Made by a program: the position numbers and the translations under genes. From a virus (lineage: Duplodnaviria > Caudoviricetes): 54,919 nt of DNA. The stretch covers positions 1-54,919 of IMG/VR virus record IMGVR_UViG_3300027736_000002; one strand, written 5' to 3'. Under the pieces are notes generated by a model, which was not told where the DNA came from, did no database searches, and saw nothing but the letters and a program-made list of their open reading frames with translations. Below, piece by piece: positions 36,250-44,231 of this stretch (position 1 is the stretch's first letter; each line of letters starts with the position of its first letter).

Positions 36250-37464
36250 GTCCGTAGACTCCTTAATGACACTATCAATGACATCCATCTTGGTCAATAT
36301 CTTGTGTAAGATAATTTCATCGATGGACCCGGTTATCGTCAACAAGTCAATAGTGACATTGTCTTGTTGACCGATTCTGTGGCAGCGGTCTGCTGCCTGT
36401 TGAAGGTCTGAGGGAGACCATGGTGCTTCAACAAATACGACATGGCTTGCTGCTGTCAGGGTCAGACCTACTCCAGCAGCTTTGATGTTGCCTACAAAGA
36501 CCCTGCACTTGGCGTTGTTTTGAAATGTTTGAACTGCAGCATGCCTGTCTTCATTCTTGACTGCGCCGGTAACCATGACCGGTTCATAGTCCTTAAAGGC
36601 GGTCATGAGCCCGTCAATGATGTGAGTGTGATGAGCAAAGACTACAACCTTGTCTGTCTGTTCAAGACAGTCTTTGATGTAGCTTATAGATTGGTCTAGC
36701 TTGCGCTCTGCATTGAGGCGTCTGATGTCACTGATGGCTTCAAACGGAATCGAATCAGGCTTGTCAATCTCGTCAGCTGTAAATTGCTTCTCGCGCTTGT
36801 CAACTGGCAAATCAAGGGCAATGACTCGATAGGTTTTTGATGGCAAGTCAATGCACTCAGCTTTTGTCATCCGCAGCATGAACGGTTCTAACACTTTAAT
36901 CAGTTCACTTTTACGGCTTGAACCGCTGAAGTCGTAGGTGTCCCAGGGTGTTTTCCATCCTGCACAGAACCTCATACCAAACTCAAAGTAACCTAGCTTT
37001 GTGGCTCCAATCGAATAGAGTAAAGTCCACAGCTCGATAGGTCGATTGACTATAGGTGTGCCTGTCAACAGGCTGACATTGGTTGTGGTCTTGATCAGAC
37101 TCATTAACAGCTTTGTACGCTTGGCTTTGTAGTTCTTGATGTAGTGAGCTTCATCCACTATCAAAGTGACCGGTTTAGGTAGGTCAAGCTTGCCTAGTAT
37201 GTCGTAGTTGACAATGGTGACGTCAAGGCCTTTGATTGGATCCTTGGGGCTGCGAACAACCTGCACGCTAAGTTCAGGCCGCCACATCTTGAGCTCGGCT
37301 TGCCAGTTGAGTTTGAGTGATGCAGGACACACGACCAATGCAGGCACAGACAAGTCTAGGCTAGACACACCTGTCTTGCCTAGACCCATGTCAAGCGCAA
37401 GAATAGCCTTAGGTCGTTGACCTAGCCACTTGACGGCTTGGACTTGATGAGGGTACAGGTTCAT
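35923..37464 (-). CDS. SNF2-family helicase with in-frame C-terminal extension
   Basis: LYPHQ, DMGLGKT, DEAH, LTGTP, GVGLTL, QAADRCHRIGQ. Confidence 0.9.
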   Translation of the reverse strand: MNLYPHQVQAVKWLGQRPKAILALDMGLGKTGVSSLDLSVPALVVCPASLKLNWQAELKMWRPELSVQVVRSPKDPIKGLDVTIVNYDILGKLDLPKPVTLIVDEAHYIKNYKAKRTKLLMSLIKTTTNVSLLTGTPIVNRPIELWTLLYSIGATKLGYFEFGMRFCAGWKTPWDTYDFSGSSRKSELIKVLEPFMLRMTKAECIDLPSKTYRVIALDLPVDKREKQFTADEIDKPDSIPFEAISDIRRLNAERKLDQSISYIKDCLEQTDKVVVFAHHTHIIDGLMTAFKDYEPVMVTGAVKNEDRHAAVQTFQNNAKCRVFVGNIKAAGVGLTLTAASHVVFVEAPWSPSDLQQAADRCHRIGQQDNVTIDLLTITGSIDEIILHKILTKMDVIDSVIKESTDMNEKLIAAKLRELAELFDLAEEAPTPKAVEQEEPKAVEQEVSTPKKPAKQVEIEPLTLDHIRQAMAKLIGAGKREQALAILAELGVKKVSEIGEEQFQQTMELVNEAR

Positions 37465-37574
37465 TTGGCAATGGCCCAATACCAAATGCGACTGATGAGC
37501 ACACTTGCTGCCATGCCTAATAAAAGGAATGGCACTAAGATTGCCATAACAAAGAGTGCCAAGAAGACTTTCAT
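37461..37574 (-). CDS. Small membrane peptide (37 aa), not in the ORF track
   Basis: MKVFLALFVMAILVPFLLLGMAASVLISRIWYWAIAK*; ATGA overlaps at both ends. Confidence 0.6.
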   Translation of the reverse strand: MKVFLALFVMAILVPFLLLGMAASVLISRIWYWAIAK

Positions 37575-37732
37575 TTGATCAAGTCCAGACATTCTTTTGC
37601 ACACTGCTTGAGCTCACGAGTCGAGCTGCTGCCAAATGAAATGCCTGTTTCCATCATCTTGTATTGCACATCAAGTGCAAGCTCAAGACTGATGTTGAGC
37701 CACTTCATGATGTCTCTAGTAAGGGCGTTCAT
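37571..37732 (-). CDS. Hypothetical early protein (53 aa)
   Basis: MNALTRDIMKWLNISLELALDVQ...; GGAG RBS and ATGA overlap. Confidence 0.6.
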   Translation of the reverse strand: MNALTRDIMKWLNISLELALDVQYKMMETGISFGSSSTRELKQCAKECLDLIK

Positions 37733-37932
37733 GCAAGCTCCAAGGCAGTTTGCTTGACTTCGATCTTGTAGCCGAGGGCTTGAGCAAGCTTGAGTGTGTC
37801 GCGGCTCAAAGTATGTTGCCGTGCAATGTCGGCAAAGATTTGAGCAACAGAGTTGGCAGGATAGATCATCTCTTTTCCATAGACATTTTTGATGGTGACG
37901 ATGAGTGGGTTGTTGGCTGTGAGGACGGTCAT
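37729..37932 (-). CDS. Hypothetical early protein (67 aa)
   Basis: IVTIKNVYGKEMIYPAN...ALGYKIEV; first gene behind promoter copy 3. Confidence 0.7.
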   Translation of the reverse strand: MTVLTANNPLIVTIKNVYGKEMIYPANSVAQIFADIARQHTLSRDTLKLAQALGYKIEVKQTALELA

Positions 37933-37944
37933 GATAGGCTTTCG

Positions 37945-38021
37945 ACATTGAGACGGCGAGACTGCCGTGAGTGCATTGTACAACACTTTTTGAGTGTTGC
38001 ACAACTATTTTGCAACTATTT
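37945..38021 (-). promoter_or_regulatory. Repeated early promoter/leader element, copy 3
   Basis: TTGTGC-N18-TACAAT, palindromic spacer CAACACT-N5-AGTGTTG, leader hairpin. Confidence 0.8.
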
Positions 38022-38413
38022 TACTGCTTGGCCCAGTAGCCATAGACCATTTTGTGGGTGCAGTCCCAGGTGTCGTTTGCCACACTGTCAATCACTGCTA
38101 CAAGATGATGGGCTTGCTTGGCAATCACACTGCCTTTTGGCATATCACTGCAGCGAGCCTTACGGCCTATAAACTGAGGGGCCTTGTGCCATGCCCACCC
38201 ATAACGCTTGAGCACTACTGTGTAAATGTCTTTCATGATGCCATTGCGTGCTGACCTTGAACGACCGTTGTCACAGTTTGCTTGTGATAGTTCCTTGTAC
38301 ACGGCTTTGTAGTCAAGCTGCAAAGCTATTGCCATTGCCCGAGCTCCGCAGTCACCTGCTGTGCCCTTGAAGCCTGCAGCTTGACGGCCGCCGTCATTGA
38401 ATTTATATTCCAT
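38021..38413 (-). CDS. Conserved phage hypothetical protein
   Basis: FNDGGR...GDCGARAMAIA...HLVAVID...DTWDC...VYGYW. Confidence 0.75.
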   Translation of the reverse strand: MEYKFNDGGRQAAGFKGTAGDCGARAMAIALQLDYKAVYKELSQANCDNGRSRSARNGIMKDIYTVVLKRYGWAWHKAPQFIGRKARCSDMPKGSVIAKQAHHLVAVIDSVANDTWDCTHKMVYGYWAKQ

Positions 38414-38427
38414 GATGATCCTTTACA

Positions 38428-38504
38428 ACATTGAGACGGCGAGGTTGCCGTGATTGCATTGTACAACACTTTTTGAGTGTTGCACAACTATTTTGCAACT
38501 ATTT
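38428..38504 (-). promoter_or_regulatory. Repeated early promoter/leader element, copy 4
   Basis: Near-identical to 37945-38021. Confidence 0.8.
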
Positions 38505-38756
38505 GCGTTTATACATAGGGGTCCAGTCCTTGATGTCTGGTCTGAGCTGCTCTTTTGTGAATGGTATGGCCTTCATCGAGCCAAATTTTCTGGCCGCAAC
38601 ACGGCCGATCTGTCCTCGTGTGAACCAGTAGGAAACGGTGTTCCGGCTCATCTTTGCTTGCCGAGCCATCTCAGCCTTTGTACCCATGTGGACTAGGAGG
38701 AGGTCTAGGGCCTCTTGACAATCGGCTTTAAAAGGTTTGGGTTTTTTTTCAATCAT
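38499..38756 (-). CDS. Cro-like HTH transcriptional regulator
   Basis: GTKAEMARQAKMSRNTVSYWFTRGQI...EQLRPDI. Confidence 0.8.
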   Translation of the reverse strand: MIEKKPKPFKADCQEALDLLLVHMGTKAEMARQAKMSRNTVSYWFTRGQIGRVAARKFGSMKAIPFTKEQLRPDIKDWTPMYKRK

Positions 38757-38761
38757 GATGT

Positions 38762-38785
38762 ATTGTACATCAGTTTTTTGATGTA
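38762..38785. promoter_or_regulatory. Divergent control region with palindromic operator
   Basis: TACATCA-N6-TGATGTA overlaps a minus-strand TACAAT (38762-38767) and a plus-strand TATGAT (38784-38789). Confidence 0.55.
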
Positions 38786-38893
38786 TGATGTCAATGGGCT
38801 TGGGACGAATTAGCTACTCGACCGACAAGGATGCTTTCCCCTTTCACAGCATCCGCCCAACCTACACTTGTGAATGGGCATTGAAAGAAAAAC

Positions 38894-39097
38894 ATGGACT
38901 CTCCGCAGCCAACCTCTTCAATAGAGGGTCGCGTTTATGACAGCTGTGACGCAACCCGCATCTATCTCTCTGAAGCCATAAAGGCCACATCCAATTTGCC
39001 AAAAGGTATGAACAGAACGGCTTTGATCGTTGCGTTCATGGAGATTGGCGTGGCGGCACTCCTTGCCGACCAAGCAAGGGGAAGCCATGCAAACTAA
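38894..39097 (+). CDS. Hypothetical protein (67 aa)
   Basis: ORF overlapping the primase start. Confidence 0.45.
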   Translation: MDSPQPTSSIEGRVYDSCDATRIYLSEAIKATSNLPKGMNRTALIVAFMEIGVAALLADQARGSHAN

Positions 39098-41459
39098 ACC
39101 TACAGTCTTAGCAGTTTTACCAGAATTTATCCCTCAAGCTCTCAAGGCCATCCCAAGATGGGTCGTTTGGAAGCTAGTGCTTGACGGGAAAAAGTGGAAA
39201 AAAATACCGTATCAAACAAACGGTCGAATGGCAAAGAGTACAGACCCTAGTACATGGTCAACGTATGAAGATGCACTAGATGCCTATTTTGTCGATGGTT
39301 TTGATGGCATAGGCATAACAATCGATGGCTCTGGTGACTTTCAGGGCATTGATCTAGATGACTGCATCATTGATGGCAAAATGAACCATGTGGCCAATGA
39401 GCTGCTAGACCGGGTTGATGGCTATGCAGAGACCAGCCCTTCAGGTACAGGCATCAAACTATTCACTAGATCAAATTTAGCCAAGTCAGGCAAAGTTGGT
39501 GACATTGAGGTCTATAAAGAGGGCCGCTACTTTACAGTGACGGGCCATACCTTAAATGGTCACGGCCTTTTGCCCGACACTATCCAAGATGTAGACTGGT
39601 TTGTTGAACGACATTTTGGAACAAATGAGGCCCTTGGCCTTGAGTCTTATAAGCCGCCGCTCAATGATTGGGATCTTGAGCGGGTAGAGATTGAACTGCT
39701 GCCATTCATAGGTGACCTTGAGCCGTACGACCTATGGCTCCAACTTGGTATGGCTTTGCATCATCAAGGTCGAGGCGGTGAGGAATGGATGGAGCTTTGG
39801 GATCAAGCCAGTCGTCAGACTGGTTCATACGACCGCCGTGAGTTGGAATCCAAGTGGGACTCTTTTAGTGAACAACACGGCTCAGGGGGCGGGGCCATAA
39901 CCCTTGCCTCGATCATCAAAAAGGTCATTGAGTTCAAGAAGGCTGAGCAGACCAGGACTTTTGATCGTTGTAAGGCTTTGATTGTTGACGAGACTGACCT
40001 TGAGCAGCTTAAGACCGTGGTAGTTGAGGCAATCAAAGCTGAGCTTGGCCTTGACCACATCAGTCGCAATGTTTTGGCAGGCATTCTCAAGACCAAGTTC
40101 AAGGATCTAAACTTCCCCATCTCAATCAATGATGCCAAGAACCTGATCAAGCCAAAGATTCATGAGGGTGTACCAGAATGGTTAGGTGATTGGGTTTATG
40201 TCACTCACGAAGACAAGTTTTTCAATGTCAATAGCAAAAGGAAAGTCTCGCAACAGGGTTTTGGTGCAATGTTCAACCGGTTTTGTGGCGATGACTCAGC
40301 AGCTACATTGTCCTTAGATCTGTTTAGGATTCCTACTCCTGACAAGATCATCTACTTGCCTGCTGCTGAGGATCTGTTTGAGCTAAATGGGATTGAATGT
40401 GTCAATGAATACAACAAGAACAGCCCGCCAGATGTGCCTGCTTCTTTAAGTGCCGGCGACCTTAAAGCCATTGAAGTTGTGCAAGCCCATCTGTCAATGA
40501 TCTTAGTTGAACAACACGCTGTAGAGATCATGCTCAGTTGGATGGCTTACTGCGTTCAGAATCCAGGGTCTAAAATTCGGTGGGCTCCGTTGATCAAAGG
40601 CATTGAGGGCGACGGCAAGTCGGTGCTAGGCAACTTGATGATGGGTGTGATGGGTATGGCCAACGTAGGCATTGTGTCACCTAGCGTATTGGCAACCGGC
40701 TTTACGAGTTGGGCAGCAGGCAGGTGTGTCAATGTGCTTGAGGAGATTCGCATGGTTGGTCACAACCGCCATGATGTGCTGAATACCATAAAGCCGTATA
40801 TTACCAACGATCAGGTCACAATACACCCCAAAGGTATCAACGAGTATGTAGCACCAAACACGGTCAACTACATTGCATTCACAAACCACCACGATGCCCT
40901 CCCACTTGAGGACACGGATCGCCGATGGTGGGTTCAATTTACACCTTTTAACAATCAAGGTGAGTTGCTCAAAGTAGCCAATTCGGACTACTTCAGCAAC
41001 TTGTTCAATGCCATTCGTGATCATTCACCTGGGCTTAGGAAGTGGTTGCTTGAGTACCAACTCAACCCATTGTTCAATCCAAAAGGCCAAGCACCATCAT
41101 CTTTGGCTAAAGACCAGATGGTCAGTTTAAACGTAAGTGAGGATTTTGGTGTTGTAAAAGAATTGCTATCAGAAGGTGGATTCGGCTTCAATGATCAAAT
41201 TTTGTCTAGCCGCCACTTCACAACAGCGCTAAGTTTTATTGAAAATATCGAGGTACCAAAGACCATTTCGTTGAACAAAATCTTCATGAAACTTGGCTAT
41301 TCTGCGCTTGGACACCCCGTAAAATGGGAAGGTAAGGCTTGCACAATATGGCTAAAAGGTTCGTACTTGAAAACGTTTAAAGGAATGGAAAAATCTGAAG
41401 TGAACGAACAAATTAGAAATTTATTGGAAAAAACGCAAGGTAAAGACCTTTTAAGCTGA
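39087..41459 (+). CDS. Primase-helicase (AEP primase, PriCT-2, D5/DUF5906-type SF3 helicase)
   Basis: RWVVWK, GIDLDDC, YAETSPSGTG, GRYFTVTG; YDLWLQLGMALH...KWDSF; Walker A GIEGDGKS, VLEEI, FTNH, DRRW. Confidence 0.9.
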   Translation: MQTKPTVLAVLPEFIPQALKAIPRWVVWKLVLDGKKWKKIPYQTNGRMAKSTDPSTWSTYEDALDAYFVDGFDGIGITIDGSGDFQGIDLDDCIIDGKMNHVANELLDRVDGYAETSPSGTGIKLFTRSNLAKSGKVGDIEVYKEGRYFTVTGHTLNGHGLLPDTIQDVDWFVERHFGTNEALGLESYKPPLNDWDLERVEIELLPFIGDLEPYDLWLQLGMALHHQGRGGEEWMELWDQASRQTGSYDRRELESKWDSFSEQHGSGGGAITLASIIKKVIEFKKAEQTRTFDRCKALIVDETDLEQLKTVVVEAIKAELGLDHISRNVLAGILKTKFKDLNFPISINDAKNLIKPKIHEGVPEWLGDWVYVTHEDKFFNVNSKRKVSQQGFGAMFNRFCGDDSAATLSLDLFRIPTPDKIIYLPAAEDLFELNGIECVNEYNKNSPPDVPASLSAGDLKAIEVVQAHLSMILVEQHAVEIMLSWMAYCVQNPGSKIRWAPLIKGIEGDGKSVLGNLMMGVMGMANVGIVSPSVLATGFTSWAAGRCVNVLEEIRMVGHNRHDVLNTIKPYITNDQVTIHPKGINEYVAPNTVNYIAFTNHHDALPLEDTDRRWWVQFTPFNNQGELLKVANSDYFSNLFNAIRDHSPGLRKWLLEYQLNPLFNPKGQAPSSLAKDQMVSLNVSEDFGVVKELLSEGGFGFNDQILSSRHFTTALSFIENIEVPKTISLNKIFMKLGYSALGHPVKWEGKACTIWLKGSYLKTFKGMEKSEVNEQIRNLLEKTQGKDLLS

Positions 41460-41462
41460 ATG

Positions 41463-41678
41463 TCCCGAACTAAAGCTATCTCGAACCTCAATTCGAACCT
41501 CGATTCGAACTAGCTTAAGCTATTGATTTTTATACATATTTTACTTAAAAGGTTCGAAGTTCGAAATAATACTATAAAGTTGACAGCCGGCAGGAATGTA
41601 TATATGAACAAAAAATAGTATATATATCTGCCGGTGGGGATGGACTTCAATAAACCTCGAACCCCGAACCCCGAACCT
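41463..41678. other. Candidate replication origin (iterons, AT-rich core, IHF-like site)
   Basis: About nine CGAAC/GTTCG repeats in both orientations, AT-rich tract, CCGGCAG...CTGCCGG inverted repeat, minus-strand AATCAATAGCTTA; directly after the primase gene. Confidence 0.65.
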
Positions 41679-41701
41679 GGAAGTTTAGTGACGGAAAATA
41701 A

Positions 41702-42139
41702 ATGGTTGTATACAAACAAGTTAAGTCTAAGTCAGAGTCTAGCGAGCAAACGACTCTAGTTGCCAGGGTGCGCAACTTCCATCCTGACCTGGTTTTTATG
41801 AGCATCCCGAACGGAGGCAAAAGGGATCCACGAGTAGCTGCGCAGATGAAGCGTGAAGGCGTTTTGGCCGGCGTGCCTGATCTCTTTCTGGCAGAACCGA
41901 GGCAAGGGTCACATGGTTTGTTCATCGAGATGAAGAAGGTTGGTGGCCGGACAAGCAATAATCAGGATTCGATCATCGACAAGTTGAAAGAGAAAGGGTA
42001 TCACGTCGTAGTGTGCGAGGGAGCAGACGAGGCTTACAGTGAGTTTCTGCGCTATGTCTATGGTGATCAACCTCCTGCGTGGCTTAAGCGCTTTGTGGAT
42101 CATCCTGGTAAGACCACGATGCCAATTAAAAATAAATAG
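41702..42139 (+). CDS. VRR-NUC domain nuclease
   Basis: ESSEQ, IPNGGKR, GVLAGVPDL, LFIEMK, GGRTSNNQ. Confidence 0.9.
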   Translation: MVVYKQVKSKSESSEQTTLVARVRNFHPDLVFMSIPNGGKRDPRVAAQMKREGVLAGVPDLFLAEPRQGSHGLFIEMKKVGGRTSNNQDSIIDKLKEKGYHVVVCEGADEAYSEFLRYVYGDQPPAWLKRFVDHPGKTTMPIKNK

Positions 42140-42180
42140 GGTACAATCCGTAGAAGACAATCTGACCGAAAGGGTTGATT

Positions 42181-42657
42181 ATGCAATTACGAACCCCTGC
42201 TCCAAAGCGAACCGGCGGCGCATTGCCCGGGTCGAACAATGGCGGCGGTGCTAAACCTGGCAGCGTACGACCGGTTGGTTCTGGCCGGCAACCCGGTACT
42301 CCTAACAAAGTTACGCTGACTGCAAAGTTGGCGATTGCTGAGTTTGTCGACGGCAATGCGCATCGATTGACCGGCTGGCTTGATGCCGTGGCTGAAGGCA
42401 CACCAATGCTTGATCTTGACGGTAAACAAATTTACGATCAAGACGGCAACAAAGTCTACGTGACTCGGCCAAACCCTGAACGTGCTTTCAATCTGTTTCA
42501 AAGCGTGGTCGAGTATCATGTGCCTAAGTTGGCTCGCAGTGAAATCAGCGGACCAAATGGCAGTGCAATACCGATTGCTGCTGTCGATCTAAAGGGACTG
42601 AGTGACGTAGAGCTTGACACGATGCAGAGATTGATGAGCAAAGCAGCAGGCCAATGA
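42181..42657 (+). CDS. terS: Terminase small subunit
   Basis: GRQPGTPNKVT, EYHVPKLAR, EISGPNG; immediately before TerL. Confidence 0.75.
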   Translation: MQLRTPAPKRTGGALPGSNNGGGAKPGSVRPVGSGRQPGTPNKVTLTAKLAIAEFVDGNAHRLTGWLDAVAEGTPMLDLDGKQIYDQDGNKVYVTRPNPERAFNLFQSVVEYHVPKLARSEISGPNGSAIPIAAVDLKGLSDVELDTMQRLMSKAAGQ

Positions 42658-44231
42658 ACGCACCACTCAGCCCGGTTGCAATGCTTGACATGATCAAGCA
42701 TGAGCGAGACCGTCGCCGAGCTGAGGGTTGCTTGTATGACTTTGTCAAGCAAAGCTGGCATGTCGTAGAGCCTGGCATACCATTTATCCAGAGCTGGCAC
42801 ATCCAAGAGATCTGCGAACACCTTGAGGCCATCTCATGCGGTGACATTCGGCGGCTGCTCATCAACATACCGCCAAGGCACTCCAAGTCAACCATTGTGT
42901 CGGTCATGTGGCCGATGTGGGAATGGCTGACAACGCCTGAGCAGAAGTTCTTGTGTGCCAGCTACGCAGGCAACCTGAGCATTCGTGACAACTTGAAGGC
43001 ACGGCGCTTAGTGCAGTCGCCTTGGTATCAAGAACGTTGGGGCGGTTTGTTTGAACTGTCGGGCGACCAGAATGCCAAGCAACGGTTCGAGAACAGCAAG
43101 ACCGGCTACCGCATAGCCACGTCACCTGGCGGCACGGCTACAGGCGAAGGCGGCTCTCGATTGGTGCTTGACGATCCACACGGTGCACAAGAAGCCCAGT
43201 CAGACGCCATGCGTGAGAGTACGTTGGACTGGTTTGACATGGTCTGGTCAACGCGGCTGAACAACCCCAAGACCGACGCAATGGTAGTTGTGATGCAGCG
43301 GCTGCATGAGCGCGACATCAGCGGACACATACTCGATGACATCAAAGGCTGGGAGCACATTTGTATCCCTGCCGAGTGGGACGGCAAGGTGCGCAAGACA
43401 GTGCTCGGTCCATACGACCCACGCACCAAGAAAGGTGAACTCATCTGCCCTGAGCGCTTCGGGCCGATAGAGATCACGGCCTTAAAGCAGCTACTCGGTT
43501 CGTACGGCACAAGCGGTCAACTGCAGCAAGATCCTGTGCCGAGTACCGGCGGCTTGCTCAAGACTGCGTTCTTCCAGCAATGGCCACACAATGAACGGCT
43601 GCCGCAGTACGAGTACATACTGCAGAGCTACGACTGTGCATTCACCGAGAAGACTACAGGCGACCCTACGGCCTGCACGGTATGGGGAATGTTCACGCAC
43701 AAAGGCGAGCGGAACTGCATGCTGCTTGATGCTTGGGACGAACACCTCAGCTATCCTGACTTAAGAACCAAAGCCGTTAAGGATTGGACGACCGAGTATG
43801 GTGGCGACAACAATAATGGGGCAGGCATGCCTACTCGGGCTCGACGGCCTGATCGCATCTTGGTAGAAGCCAAGGCCAGTGGTCAATCGCTGCTTCAAGA
43901 CTTGCGTTTGGCCAGAGTGCCTGCAGTAGGGTATAATCCGGGAAACGCCGACAAAGTAAGCCGTGCACATCAAGCAGCACCCACCTTGGAGCTTGGACTA
44001 TTGTGGATACCCGAGTCAAAGCGCAACCCTGGACAGCCTGTCAGCTGGGCAGCGGCGTTCATCAAACAGCTTACCAAGTTCCCACTGGCCGAGCATGACG
44101 ACTATGTGGATACGTTTACGCAAGCCATCATCTACCTCAAGGATGATGGTTGGTTTGAGCTGCCGCAAGCCAAGGACGTTGACGAACCACGGCCTAAGAG
44201 CAAAGACAAGGTGAACCCATATGCCGCTTGA
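42654..44231 (+). CDS. terL: Terminase large subunit
   Basis: INIPPRHSKS Walker A, LVLDDPH Walker B, MQRLH, QSYDCA, VEAKASG, HDDYVDTFTQ nuclease motifs. Confidence 0.95.
   Translation: MNAPLSPVAMLDMIKHERDRRRAEGCLYDFVKQSWHVVEPGIPFIQSWHIQEICEHLEAISCGDIRRLLINIPPRHSKSTIVSVMWPMWEWLTTPEQKFLCASYAGNLSIRDNLKARRLVQSPWYQERWGGLFELSGDQNAKQRFENSKTGYRIATSPGGTATGEGGSRLVLDDPHGAQEAQSDAMRESTLDWFDMVWSTRLNNPKTDAMVVVMQRLHERDISGHILDDIKGWEHICIPAEWDGKVRKTVLGPYDPRTKKGELICPERFGPIEITALKQLLGSYGTSGQLQQDPVPSTGGLLKTAFFQQWPHNERLPQYEYILQSYDCAFTEKTTGDPTACTVWGMFTHKGERNCMLLDAWDEHLSYPDLRTKAVKDWTTEYGGDNNNGAGMPTRARRPDRILVEAKASGQSLLQDLRLARVPAVGYNPGNADKVSRAHQAAPTLELGLLWIPESKRNPGQPVSWAAAFIKQLTKFPLAEHDDYVDTFTQAIIYLKDDGWFELPQAKDVDEPRPKSKDKVNPYAA

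Noticed and set aside
26393-38504. Repeated ACATTGAGACGGC element as a CRISPR array or att sites
   Set aside because: Copies are dispersed over 12 kb, each upstream of a gene and containing a -10 box; there are no regular spacers and no integrase
38499-38790. Lysogeny module
   Set aside because: Only one small HTH gene; no CI with peptidase domain, integrase or partition genes seen
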